A DNA stretch of 55,391 nt, filler included, from Platydemus manokwari (lineage: Eukaryota): the NCBI GenBank assembly GCA_037951405.1. It is 5 parts of 5 records of this genome, joined end to end, with 100 filler letters (N's around TTAATTAATTAA, not from the genome) between each part and the next. Parts side by side here need not be neighbours in the genome. Positions count along the whole stretch, not along the records: positions 1 to 9,688 come from JBBMOY011217877.1; positions 9,789 to 21,436 come from JBBMOY010548885.1; 3 more parts are not named here. One strand, written 5' to 3'. The position numbers were made by a program, and so were the translations under genes. Positions 1 through 14,100 of the stretch are shown here, in pieces (position 1 is the first letter of the stretch; each line of letters starts with the position of its first letter). Below the pieces are notes generated by a model. It saw only the letters and a list, made by a program, of their open reading frames with translations. It did no database searches and was not told the DNA's origin.

Positions 1-87
1 TTTTTGTAAACCTATCATAGTTTTGGCCCTCTAAATTTTAAAAAATCAGCAATGTGGCCCTTTGCTGAAAAAGTTTGCAGACCCCTG
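1..87. mobile_element. Terminus of a hAT/Charlie-type DNA transposon or MITE, truncated by the window edge
   Basis: The reverse complement of 52-87 is CAGGGGTCTGCAAACTTTTTCAGCAAAGGGCCACAT, closely resembling the CAGGGGTCGGCAAACTTTTTC...AAAGGGCC termini of Charlie/MER58-type elements. The other end is not in the window. Confidence 0.7.
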
Positions 88-1293
88 AATTACACCATCA
101 ATTGTTTATTGTCAATACTATTAAAAGCAATTTATCAAGGATCAGTTTCTAGTTAGGATCAGTTTATAGTTATATCACGAATTGGATACTGAATTGTTTT
201 CCTTGAACGTTCTTCTTGTTGAATTGGGTTCAGTGTTGAATAGGCTCATTCCATAATAAAGTTAAATGGCAAGGTTATGTGTATATATGCTATGGCTATG
301 TACAGTATTGTATTATTTTCACATGTTGTGTTTACATTATATTATTTCATATGTTATATTGTGGGAATGTATACTGTTTTGTGGGGGGTGCACCCAACAA
401 AAAAATACTTATGGAAACTATGAGAACAACTTTCTAATGGTTGTGCACACATATACAATAACCATATGGGCTAGTTGAAAATTAATGTATAATCAAAATA
501 TCCATCTCTCAATTGATTTCAGTTGCCAACTGGCGTACATCAATAACAGTTAACGAATACAAATGGAACAAAGAGATAAAAGGTAACTTGTCAATAGGCA
601 ATGAGCGAATTCTAAAGTAAGAGAAATTTTTATCACATTTAATTTATCAACGAATAATTTTTACAATGCAAGGATCTCACTATATTCAAAGAAATATCGA
701 CTTAAATACTAGTTTCTAGTAAAAGCCATACATAATATTGTCATAAGTGATGTGCAAGATTTATTTATATTTTTTAACAATCTTAAAACTCATGTGCCAA
801 TTACTAAACAATTCAAACAGGCTATCGCACTCGTGGGTAATACAATTTAATATTTATGTGTACTACATTAATTTTTACGTCTTTGTTTAGTGTAACTTGG
901 CTACTTTCAATACCATTAAGTGATTCTAACTAAAATAAATTATATGTATCAAATATCCACATATCCTAAAAGATTTAATAGCAACTAGTTAGTCCTTGTA
1001 TAAAACGATGTTTCGCTAAAATGAAATGACTTGTATAATATTTAATTATGTTTCAAATTTAAAATAAACTATCTACAATTAGTTTGATTTGTGTATATTT
1101 AAATTATGTAAATTAACTTACATAAGTCGACTTAAAATTTTCATGATGTTTTAAAAATAAAAATTTTCAAAATGTTATTTACAATTTATTTAAATAAAAG
1201 TTAAATAATTGTTTGTATAATATCTAGTTTTGATATTTGTAGATTAGATTTATTTAAATTACTATTTTTATAAATTTTTAATGGTATATTATA

Positions 1294-2472
1294 ATGGACG
1301 AATTTAAATTTATGTAAGTTTCTCAAATTATATTTTTAGTCATCCTAATGTGTTCATAGACCACCAAATGATAAAGAAAACAAATCTACTCCGATTCGTA
1401 ATAAACCAAAAATAAATTCGCATTTGACACCAATTTTAAATACTCCAAATGGTTCAAAAGTAAACCATCCATTTATTAAGAATCTTATTACAAATAGATA
1501 TAATTCTCAAATTAATGATGATATTTTCCAAGAAAAAGAAAGTACACCAAATATCGGTGCGTTCTCACCAGATTTTGTTGGGACACTGTTTCCTAAAGAA
1601 ATCAACACAAGTCATCTTCAATTAAAATGTTTTGATAAATTGTACCAAAAGGTTCATTTTTCAACCGGTTATGAATAAATTAAATATTAATACATTTTAT
1701 TTAGTATCGGCATTATTTGAACGTAAAATCTTCACAAATATTAATTGACGAAAGCATTGCACCGAGTCCAGATTCGGCGATTGGATCGTCCATTCAAACA
1801 ACTCGATCCAGTCTGTCTGAAATGAGCAATTTCAGCAACTCACGCTTCACCAATAATACGCCACCCTCACAGTTCAAGTGGAATCGAAAAGAATACCGTT
1901 CAGATAATTTCGATCAAGCTTCATTGAATATTGATTATTCCAATGAATTGGATGAATGCAGTGATGATGAATTGATAAACAGCCGTAATCTTGAGTCAAC
2001 ACAAATATTCAACAACTCGACTCGTTTGGCCGATAATAAATCGATGCGTCGATTTTCGGCTATCAGAACAAACAATCATCAGAATTGTGATGATAATGAT
2101 TCATTTTCGAATCTCAATTCGAGAAAACGTCGTCGCGTGTCGCCAGTTGCCAATGATACGAGTATTTCGTCGATTTTGCGAGATTCAGGATTGGACGATT
2201 TGGAAAATAGTTTCAGTTCCAAACAGCGTATAATGAAGATATCTGTAATGGATTCAGATATGGATGTCAGTTATTTATCATCGAGTTCCAGTAGTTTTCA
2301 ACAGCAATTTTTACGATCTAGCCCAAGTTTTCATTGGAATTTTGCTATGGAAGCTGACATGAATTTGTCGCCTATAAAGTCTGATATTGGTGATAAATTT
2401 CGAATGTTTCCCACTATCGATCTTTCGCCAATTAAATCGAATCCCAACGATGACGAGAATGATTTTTTGTAA
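1294..2472 (+). CDS. BORA: Bora (aurora borealis)-like protein, copy A, 359 aa; join(1294..1313,1360..1651,1705..2472)
   Basis: GT-AG introns of 46 and 53 nt join the ORFs in frame. The N-terminal motif series TP..KVNHPF / DIF / FSPDFVGTLFPKEIN / ESIAPSP parallels the Bora N-domain (NPF..SPSVF..WSIDQLAVINPVEID..VIVPSP). Ser-rich disordered tail with SP/TP sites and a KEN sequence near the N-terminus. Confidence 0.7.
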
Positions 2473-3326
2473 TTTACTAATAAAATTTTATTAAATAATT
2501 GTTAATTTTTCAACATATTAATTTCTTTATAAATTTTTCAAATCGTTTTACTTTATTAAATTTCATTTACATGGATTGTTGCTAAGTAGCGATTTTCTCG
2601 ATTTCGTAAATCATTTTTAAAAAGTGAATTGTTTTACCAGACTAACTTTGTTTCTTTAATCTGGAATATTTCGAACTTTGTCTTAATAAAATTTTGTTTA
2701 AAAATACTTTTCAAATAGTCATAAAATTATCACGTTTTATGCAAAAACACACAAGGTCAAATCCCATATAATAGTGCACTTTTCTAAAGTTGTATATGGA
2801 ATGTCAAGCCATATAAATAATTTCCTATGAAATCCCAACATGAATATTGCGTAATAAATAATTTGTCAATTCCTTACACACTTGTTAAACAGTAACTTTA
2901 AACTGTTAAATTGCCACGATCATTGATTTCTACATTATATTTGGTCTCTATTGTTTATAATAGCTTATAACATCAATTAATATTGTTCAATATCACAGTA
3001 ATGGTTGATAAAAATATAATCAAAATATTATTAAATATAAAACATGACAGATGACATCATTTTATGGAGTAGTTTTGTGTGCAATTATCTAATAACCGTA
3101 TATTGATTTATGATGGTACATAAAATGATATAAAATGAAATACCGAATCATTCCGATACATAAATATTTATAATTCAAGAAACACATCTGACAAATCCAA
3201 CACAGAAACCAACCAAGATTTCAATAAATCAATAATATACAACACTACATTGAAATATATCTCATTGATCTCAATATAAAAATATTTCTGTGCCCAATAT
3301 TGATATACATAATCAATGTTATTATA

Positions 3327-4971
3327 TCAAATATCTTCCTCGGTATCCATGTCATCATCGGTAATGCGCTTAATCGGAGACAGATTGATATTATTCATCG
3401 TGAGAAAATTGTATTTGGCATGAGGACTAGATCTCATATAATTGGTCCAATGAGATTGCTCGATTAATGAACTCGTCATGTGATCATCACAAAACATTGG
3501 TGAACCAATAATCGATTGGTGTCTTATCGACCAATTATCTGTCAGACAAACATTATTCTCTTGATCAAACATTTGATTCGATTGGTGATTATTATCTTCA
3601 ATTGACATTTCAGATCCATTGATGATAAATGAGCGATTGTTATGTCCAGATCGATATTCTTCACGATTCCATTTGAATTTGGAAGGCGGTGTTTGAAAGA
3701 GTGGAACAGGAGCAGTGAAATTATTTTCAATATCATTGCAACTGGGATCAGTCAATTGCAACGAGACACCGATTCCAGAATCGTGTGGTTCTGGACTTGG
3801 TTTTATTATATTTTCCGTGAAGAATTTAGCCGATGTTTTATCGAAATAATTCTGATACTAAAAATTGAAAGGAATATTCAATTCAATATCCAACCGATAT
3901 CACTATAAGTCGAATAATAGCAACTATGTGGCAAATTTATAAATTCAATAAATCGATAAAATAAACGTCATCGACACTGAAATTTGTGATAGAAATTGTT
4001 ATTTACGATCTTGAAAAGTAAAATATTTCTTATGCTTGAGATTTTAATCAATAAATATGTTAAGAATATGAACTGAGTTCGACTCTAATAAAATATATAG
4101 GAACAAGTAGAATATTTGTAGGTAATAAGGAAGCCATTGGGATCGGTAATACAAAACAGTTATGTCGGTTTTGCAGCCTTTTGTACCTAATTATTAAATA
4201 GAACCAAAGAATCCATTAGTAAGAATTTTAACTAATGATTTCCTTAGCTCCACTTACTACTTGTGCCAAAGTACTTGTTATGCAATTTAGTCCCTTACAC
4301 GTTATATCTTTCATCAATGCATAATATATCTTTGACATATTTATATTCCTTATAATGAAATCTCTTCATTTATATACAAAGGTCATCTCATAGTGATTAA
4401 TACATCTTTTGGTGGACTTTCTTACTCTTTCATCTAAACACTACTCTGTCTTGGTACATCAAGTCAAATTATACCATTTTATATAAATCAAGATTAGTTT
4501 ATATGGCTAGAAAAATAAATAATAATTGACTTTATTAGAATCGAAAGATTTAGTCTAATAACGGTTGCTGAAAATTAAACTGAAATTAACACTGTGATAT
4601 CAAAATCTAAAGTTTAATATCGTTAAAATTAAAATTTAATTACTTGACAGAAATTCAATATGGCTTACTTGTTTGTATAAATTTTCTTCGAACTGATGTT
4701 GATATTCAACATTGGTATTAATTTCCTTCGGAAAGAGAGTACCAACTAAATCAGGAGACAGTGTATTAATATCTTGATGAGGATATTCACGGTTTTTATT
4801 AAACATATCTGGGCTGGTGAATTGTTTATCTAAATTTGTCATAACATGAGACAAAAATGGATGATAAATTTTTGTGCCCTTGGGTGTATCAAAACTTGGT
4901 AATGTATCAATCATTTCGAAATGTTGGGTAGAAGAAGGCGGTATATTATTGTTATCTTTAAGTTCATTCAT
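3327..4971 (-). CDS. BORA: Bora-like protein, copy B, 277 aa; join(complement 4669..4971, 3327..3857)
   Basis: An 811-nt phase-0 intron (GTAAGC...TAG) lies at the same position as intron 2 of copy A. Motifs TPKGTKIYHPF, TSPDMF, LSPDLVGTLFPKEIN, AKFFTENIIKPSP (cf. Bora EFFTKDVIVPSP). Shares PPS.FKWNR.EYRS and NLSPIK with copy A. Confidence 0.7.
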
Positions 4972-5419
4972 TTGACTAAATCTATCAAAGCATTGAACGA
5001 AATTTACAGTAAGCTTTAAAATTTAAGATGTTTTTGAATAATTATTAAATGTTTATTGTAAGTATGTGATAAATATTTTAGTCATGAACTCTAAGAAGCT
5101 TGCATTTCAAAAAATAGTCAAATTTAAATCAATACAAATAATTTTAAATAACTTCATGAATATTAAAACATCTCTTTGTCTTATATGATTGCTATCAAAT
5201 TTCTTGTTGATTTATAAAGTTTTATTTCATTGAAAGAAAAAATATCCAAAACTATTACTTCTTTTACATGTTAATTTAGATTGGTTTCAAAAGCAAAGTA
5301 TATGTTTTATATACAATCAGGTAAAAGTTAAAATATTTGTATCATATTGTTGCCATTAGTTATGATAATTAAGTTAATAATTTTTTAAAAAGATTTAAAT
5401 AAAAGAAATCAAAATTAAT

Positions 5420-5680
5420 ATAAAAATCAAACACTACATACACAGAATCCAGAAAATTCGAGAGCTGATTTAAAATAGTAGAATTTTAATTGATATGCAT
5501 TTTTTTAGAAAATCGACTAAGGTCATTTTATAAATAAATGCAATCATTTTATAAATAATTGCAATCATTCTATAAATGATTAATAATAAATCATAGTGTA
5601 ACTGGTGAATTTTGATAGGGTTCAAGATTTTTTAAGATATTAGGTTGCGCTATTCATTTTTAACTTCAAAGCTTGACTAC
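5420..5680 (+). repeat. Dispersed repeat copy related to ~37555-37905 (probable decayed non-autonomous TE)
   Basis: Identical ACACAGAATCCAGAAAAT at 5440-5457 and 37567-37584, both preceded by AAATCAAACAC, with weaker similarity downstream. Boundaries approximate. Confidence 0.5.
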
Positions 5681-8585
5681 CCAACTCAAGGAGGTAGCGT
5701 AGAAACCTTTAAAACAATAATTGAAAAACATTTAGATAATAGCAATATGATAATGGTAATGACATAAAATCAACTGATTTGGGGGTTCGAGAAAATCAAA
5801 TTAACAATATCACAATTATCCGGAGATATTGACTCCATTTGCGTATTTGTGCACCCTGTTTTATTTCTATCTTATTCTTGGTATAATGTATAAAAACTTA
5901 TCATTGTATCTATGTATTAAAGTAGTAATTTTATTTAATAACATTTTTATATCTGGAAAAAGTCTCCTTGTGGTTATCTATAAAAAAGAAATAAAATAAT
6001 AATTATTATTACATTTATTGTGTAGTATTTATTTGAATAATCTTTCAACTAATAAATCATCCACATTAAATGTCTAAAATCACTCCCTTTAAATATAAAA
6101 ATAATGACTCAGTAATTTATTGAAAATACCCCATAAATAAAAATAAGCCTTCATTTGTTTGGCTTGGTAACAAATACAATACCTATTGATTGAAATATTG
6201 ATAACAATTCCAATGCAATGAAAACCCCTATATTAAACCCCTGCATTAAAATATAAATTCCATTGAAATAAATTAATTAAACCCGTATTTTAATTGGAAT
6301 TAGATCTGAATAAAATCAATATAAATAGGCTCATAATATCAGCAGACTTGCCCATTAACTTACCGAAACCACTTGTAAAGTGCGTTGCTATTTAAAGACA
6401 AATCATTCAAAGTACAAGCCATGAAAACCAGCCAGATTCTCGTTAATATTCTCAGAAGTTTATGCCCAGTTGTTACAGGAAAATCAATTTTAACATTGAT
6501 ATTCTGTTCTGAGGAATCAAAGCTCCGAAATAGGAAAAGTAATAGTAAGATCGGTAACTGTAAAATCATACATTATTTATCATAATAGCATATTCTCCAT
6601 ATTTATCGGGCTAACCTTGGGCTAACCTTAGTTAATTGGTTTTACTCATCTTGAGAGCATTATAACCACAGATTTTTCCTGAATATTATCAGTACATCTT
6701 GTCGTTTGAGTGTATGACAGTAGTGTTGAGTGAGATGAAATTCTGCAAAAACAAAAAAGAAATTACACCTTGGAACCCTTGTTTTGGCACTTTGAGCATT
6801 TGCATGCCTGCATGACCATATAGTCATGCCAATCGGCCAATTACAATCAAGCTGGCTAGCAAATTACAATCGGGAAAAAAGGACATATCTACACAGAACA
6901 CACATCTAGGGATTGACCAATCTCATTCATTTAAAAACCTAAATACCCAATAAGAACACATAATGGCAAACACCAAATCAAATTGTAGTACATCATGACA
7001 CAGAAAGATGCACACAGATCGCAAGTATAAAAAGCAATGTAAAGATAGACAACTACCGGTTGGAAGCCAGATTTGGTGAAGTTATTGAGCTCACATCGAT
7101 TGCCGAGATTTTGTCAGTGTGTTTTGTATATTGATTAATATTCCTTCGAGGAATCAGAGTTTGATATTCGTTAATACCTCAATAGTAGTAATTTATAAAA
7201 CCTTGTATATAAGTAATAATACATAATTGTATATTTGTAATAATTTATATCAATAAATGTGTATTTGATAGCAAGTTTAGTTTGATATTTGAATTGGCAA
7301 GTGTCATAAGGAATCACTTCATTTATAATAATAATATCATTTCATTATCAAATTCATTACCTCTTGGAATAGTGAATACGATGTGTAAAGAGACTGATAA
7401 TTTGGTAAATTGTATTAAAATAATAGAAACAATATTTAGAGCCCATCATTCTGTCTTCATAGGTGGATTAAAGTCGATTGAAGCTAAGAGACAACAAAAT
7501 ATTAAGTGTAATTGTTAAACTCAGATATTGTCAAAGTGATTTAAAGTTATAATCGAATCTAGAAATAATTAAAAAAAACAATCAATCCCCAATAAACAAC
7601 ATATAAATTAGAATAAATTTCTTTTAAAAAATATTCGAATATAAATTTAAATACCATTGTATTAGATACTATTCTACAAGAATTTGTTCCCTAAAGGATG
7701 ATATACTCACTAGAATATAAAAGAAGAGATGTGAGAATATTTTTTACGATACTCATGTTGAACTCTTTCATGATTATTTGCCAGGTTTCGTTGAGTTTAG
7801 CTATATCCTTATCTATATAATTATTGTTATAGATCGTCGTTTATATCATTTTCCCTTAATTTTCCCTTTAAATTCTATGATTGTTACTTATATTTCTTCT
7901 CCAATGATTAGTTGTGGTTATAGTAATTATTTCTATTACATATCGTATTTTCTATTAAGATTTAATATGTACACTTCAAGTTTTTAACATTTCAAATGGC
8001 AATAACTAAAAATCACACTATCCTGGTACTAATTTCATTTTAAAACACGATACCCAATTATTAATGTTTCTCAAGCTGTCAGCATTCTAGAAAGTGATAA
8101 TTAAAATCCGAACAACTATCATAGGTTATTAGCTATAACATTTCAAGTCGATGACTTCGAGAATTCAGTTCAAACTTTGGGAGCAAATGGCTATTATAAC
8201 TATAACATAATAAAATCTGATTACACATTCATCCATTCTAGTTAAATTTATTTTCCCTTTTAATCAACGCTTACAGTCCGTCACCTTTTCTTTAATATTA
8301 ATCCAAATTGGAAATGACATCCTATGTGTCCATGCTATCATTTAATTGTATTATGACCATATTTTTCCAATAAAATTTTTATCATGTATTGAATAATATA
8401 TTATAATATTTACAAAATAGAGTAAAATATTGAGTATTTCACTCATCAAAAATATAGTAACTTAAATTTTAGAAAATTGTTTTAGTTGTCTAATATAATG
8501 TGCTTACCTAATTACATTTAGGCATCTTGTCAATTTTGAATAGAATTTTGGTAATTTTTTTAGATAAAATTATTTAAATTTAGTA

Positions 8586-9688
8586 ATGATTTCCCAAAAT
8601 ATAAAAATTGACAAGCCACGATACGACCAAAATACATATTTAGGTCGAGCAAAACACTTTTTTATCACGACAAATCCTCTCAATTTATTCAAATCATCTG
8701 ATGAACTTGAAAAATCCAAGGAGATCGTTGAAAATTATCGGTTAGAAATCAGTGTTAATATATAAATTTATAAGATTTTTGCATTTAGTAAAGGCGTAAT
8801 CGATCCTAATCTCACCGTTGATGAATTATGGCGATCCAAACAAATTTACGATTCTGCTTTTCATCCGGAAACTGGTGAAAAAATGATACTTTTTGGACGA
8901 ATGTCATTTCAAGTACCGGGAAATATGTTGATTACTGGTGGAATGCTTCAATTTTATCGGTAACATAGCATTGTAATTTTAATCAAACTCTTTAATTAGC
9001 ATTCTTTACTAAAGACAAATTTTATCATAAACCATTTTATTATAAATCCAAAGAAAATAGATTCAAGTTGTCGATATTTGGATGAGGTTATCAATAATCT
9101 AGTAAAACGGATATTCATGAATTTAATCGATTATAATCATACAAGTTAACAGACCAAAGATAATTTATGCAAAAGATTTGTAAAAGCTGTCATTGGTCAG
9201 GTTTATTTTGACCTTGAAAAATATCATTTTATCGTTTTAGTTTTCTATTAATTTTATAAATCGTATATAAACATGAACTAATGATTATTGTCACTGGAAA
9301 CGTTAAATTATCGAATCAAAATTATTTCAGCTTTCAAGAGATTTTTATATGTTCTACATTATATGAATTATATTATCAAGAGAAAATTTATATCATACAT
9401 TTATATATATTGACTTTTTTGTATAGAAAATGGTGATATATTGCTATATAACGAGTTTAGGTACCACTTGAAAAGTGAAAAATTGTTTGATCCGCCAACG
9501 TTTATATTGTCATAAAAATCAGCGTTGTTATTGTAGATAATGAACTATTTTACTTTTGATAATTTTGATGTCATCTCACTTGGTTCAGGACGTGGCCCGG
9601 TGTACTTTTCTGGCAGTGGATTAATCAGACATTCAATGCTGTAGTGAATTATACGAATAGGAGTGGTGATAGTCCGATATCTGCACAG
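8586..9688 (+). CDS. SFXN: Sideroflexin (mitochondrial carrier), 5' partial; join(8586..8740,8789..8959,9589..>9688)
   Basis: Spliced translation [34 protein letters not shown]...[65 protein letters not shown] has the sideroflexin hallmark motifs. Cut by the linker and absent from the ORF track. Confidence 0.95.
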
Positions 9689-9788
9689 NNNNNNNNNNNN
9701 NNNNNNNNNNNNNNNNNNNNNNNNNNNNNNNNTTAATTAATTAANNNNNNNNNNNNNNNNNNNNNNNNNNNNNNNNNNNNNNNNNNNN
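9689..9788. other. Artificial contig linker (44N-TTAATTAATTAA-44N)
   Basis: The 12-mer has stops in all six frames and is flanked by N runs; it occurs identically four times. Confidence 0.99.
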
Positions 9789-11153
9789 ACAGATGTTGTA
9801 TTTTCATGAAATAGTGATTAATTTATTTACTATGAATTATTTTATGAATTTAGACGTGTAAAATGAATATAATTATTTTGATAAATAATTTCACGTGTAT
9901 TTTACAAATAGGAATTTTTTTAAGTTTGAGAAAATCTAAAATTAAAAATCTGAAATTTCTGCAGTACCAATAAATATCATTCAAGATTAAGATAGTTGTA
10001 ACAATTCAATTTCCAGGAAAATATCGCTAGGAAAATATCAATATCACATGACAAAATGCAAATATTAAAATTTAAATATGCATAACCTGGTATTTCTTAC
10101 TCACCTTATAATAATTTTTTATCTTAAAAATATTAATATTGAAATTAATATCATCTTATATAACATCTGTAGGACATAATAATATGGGATTTTTAATAAC
10201 CAAAATTCGATGTAATTATTCTCCTAACCTAAAAAACTTTCCTCCAATAGGTAAATTATATTTAAAAAACATACCAATTAAATAAAATCATTTAAAAAAA
10301 TGATTAAACAAATCATTCTCAATTGCATGTCAAGTACGTATTAACAAAAATTAAAGAGTCACCACAGATTATTCATTTCTCATCGCATTAAGAATATTTC
10401 ATCATATCCACATGAGGTACTCAATGTCTCAATAATGTTCTAGAAAAATAGTACAAAGTTGCGTTTATTCTTAAGAAACACAATTCGAAGAAGTACTTTA
10501 ACTGGTTTTTTGTGTACAGAAAAGTTGCTAATTCGCTGCTTTTGTCCACCACATACAAATTAGCAAAGAAAATGAATTCAAAACACATACTAAAACAGAA
10601 AATAAATGCTGGCAACAATACAATTGTTGCAATAACAGTAGTCAATAATAATAATAGTAATAATAAGATTAATATCCTGATAATAAACATAATATCAAAA
10701 TATATTGAAAGTAATATTAAAAAACTGTACACACGCATACAATCACGCGCACACATACAAGTGCAGGCTGAAATCGTAAATAATTAAAATACGAATAAGA
10801 GCAGCGTGCTGAAACGACTACTGAATGGCGAAAATAGCGCAGATATGCAAGCGATTCATAAATGCGCAGAGCTGCACTGATGGTAGAAATTATAAATAGT
10901 AGGAACAATAGAGATTGTAATAGTAAACAAATAAATAACGATTATATATAACTATAAAATATAATGATAATATATAATGATAATAATATTAAGTGATATA
11001 AACAAAGAGAGAGACAAGTAGTAACCAATTGAAAAACATGTATACAAATATTATCATAGAATATATACATCAACATATACACTTGCACACACGAATAATC
11101 GATATCAACAGATCAATAATAATAATAATAATAGACAAGGTGGTGACGACATA

Positions 11154-14100
11154 TCATGACCATGTTGGTTGGCCTCGATACGGATATGCAGTTGTGGTGA
11201 TGGCAGCTGACAATGAAATAGGAGAATTATTGATCGCGGAGCAATTTTGTCTTAAGCTGCTGTTGTTGTTCGTGACGGTCAAGTTTGGTTGGACGTTGCT
11301 AGGCTGGACTTGACCAGAAGAGTTGGGATTCTTCAGTTCCAACTCAACAAGAAGCGAAAAATGATCACTGTTGAAATGGACGTGTGGTGCCCCGACGATC
11401 TTCTGTTGTTCAAACCAACTTTCTGGAATTTGCTTGAGATTTCCTAATAGATTCAAGTGATTCTTCGAGAAGAATATGTAATCAATTATTCCTCGGAAAT
11501 CGTATCTGAAAATGTTAAATAATAATAAAAAATTATCAATAATAATAATAATAATGGTAATGAGGTCAATAATATAGGTCAACTAATGAATAAAATCAGT
11601 TGCAATAATCATGAAAAGGTGCCAATAGCACCATACACACTAAGAGGAACTGCACTAGTCGCCCTCCTACCCAGTGACATTCAGGAATATAAATATATTT
11701 CACATAAAACTGGCATGAAATTAAGCCACTAATTGATATGTTGTCATAGTAACAGAGAAATATCTTACGTGTAATTGGACCATTTCAAACCACTCTCGTT
11801 TTCATCTTTGTATGCACGATCGAAATTGAAGCGATGCTTTAGCACATCGTTTTCGACGAATTCCTCTTGAATTGCACTCCACTCATTAAATAGATATTTG
11901 TCCCCAAAATCCCTGAAATCCACGTGACTACATTCAACCTCACCCTTAATCAAATAATCCACCACCCCGGAATCAGGAAGTGAGTTCAAATCACCGCAAA
12001 GGATTACAGGCATCTACAAAATTAGTCTCATATAACATCACAACGATCGATTAGCATTATTACTTCACTAGGACTAAGATATGGCATATTTTCGGTTTTA
12101 AAGTAGTCTCGAATATAGTTCCACAATTCTGATGACCAAAACAATGTCTGGATGAGCTTAACATCACTATATTCGGGATCCCAATGAATGTGACCGGTTG
12201 ATACACATAATTTACGCTTATTCATTTCTTGATAAACATTGATATCGATAAGGGAAAGTTGTTTAATCAAATAGTAGCTCACTTGGATCTTTGGCCTCTA
12301 AAATAATGCTAAGTGCTACATTATCCCTATTCATGACACGATTCAATAATTCCGGTGCTGGATTTTTACTGACACCAATGCATGATAGCATAAATTCATG
12401 TGTTACATGATGCACTTTTTCAAAGCTAGTAAACAACAAATCAATCATTTATATATATTAAAAAAAATAAATGATGAATATTAACGAATTACAAGTACTG
12501 GTTGAATGGGTGTGATGTAGAATCGAAAAAATATCGATAAAAAAGGAGAATGAATGACGGTTAACATGTCATTTTTATTTATTATTCACTATTAATAAAT
12601 AATGATTCATTATTGACCTAATGATGTACATTTGCACTTATGATGGATAAATTCACCATACTTTCTCATCACACACGATACTGATATCGATTTATTCTAA
12701 TAATTACTTCCAAGATACCAAAAGGTAAATAAAAATTTTAATAAATAAAAGTGATGAAGACTAAATAAGAAAAAAGGAAAATGCGAAATAACACAGCAGT
12801 GAAAACCAAAAATAATAGAAAAGGCGGAAGGCGAACAAATTCCCGTAAAGACCAAAAGTTAATTTTGTTATTTAACAAAGAAATTTTTGATCAAAGGAAA
12901 GAAAAGGCTTGAGGGAAACACATAACGCCATCAAAGGTAAAGATCGATTGATTGATGTGCAAATTATAAGTGCATTTCACAGATGATTACATTAATCTTT
13001 AATTTGAGCAGATCATAGAATATTTACAATAGAATTGATCAGATGTGCATTGGCCACTAATATATCTCAATGATGAGACGACTAAATAATATTTTTAATG
13101 ATAAAGATGATCTAGATATAGACGGCTAATCGAACAAATAGACCGTGAATCTCATCTCATCAAATGATTTTCTGTTTAGATAACAAAACAATAGCTATTG
13201 ATTATATTATTTACAAAAATCAATAATAAACAAACCATTCAACTTTCCAAAAAATAGCGCAGCCGTCTACGCATTTGGAATCGGATTCGTGCATTGTTCT
13301 CGATCGACTTTTTGGTACAAATAAGCCATCATAATTTCGCTTTCTCAATTCCAAAGAAAACACATTTTCATATTGGGACGTCTCCAATTCCTAATAATGT
13401 AAGAACAAATATAACAATAATAATATTTATATAAAATTGAAAACAAAAATAATAAGACACACCGAGTGAGTCACATGAAAAGAAAATTATGAGTGGATGT
13501 GGTGTCGTTAAAAAAGTGCTCGAGGAAAACAAGTGAACGTCGATTGACTAAGAAGCGTCCAAAAATCGATACACCACCTCCTCCCTGCCACAGTGAAAAT
13601 CAATGCAAAGCACTCCAAAAATATGCTCGATGAATCAACAAAACAGAAATAAAAGTACACGCGTCGTATAACTCTATCAAATTATAGGTTGGCAAAATTC
13701 TATTAATAGAAACACTTAAGCAAAATCATCAGATAGAAAATTTATTCTAAACTAATGAGATATCGACACAATAAATATTCAAGAAATATATTAGAGCATG
13801 GCAAATAAAGCCATGTAAAATACAGAACAATCGATTTATCACATAGTTCTAGCTAGAATTTTGCATGGGAGTTTCGTACAAATGGTAAATGGAATTTATC
13901 TATGTGTATAAATCATTGAAACTGCAATGCTGGCAACCAAACGTACATGTCTTTTGTTATTGTTATTACTATATTTCCATGTGTACATATGGCATGATTT
14001 TTTACCGTGATAAACTACCGACCGTAGCTTAGTGTAGATGTACTGTAGCAACCAATATTCACACTTACCTGTAAACAAATAATGTCTGCCTTATACTTCC

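Noticed and set aside
5815-5860. CACCCTG resembling a Tc1/mariner-type TIR end
   Set aside because: No flanking TA and no partner TIR found.
6600-7300. LTR-like composition plus a short GGGCTAACCTT duplication
   Set aside because: No second copy, PBS or PPT in the window to support it; not telomeric TTAGGG.
10421-11313. Several 60-110 aa ORFs downstream of or antisense to CCR4
   Set aside because: Low-complexity (AAT/TTA)n-driven ORFs in the probable 3' UTR, with no motifs.
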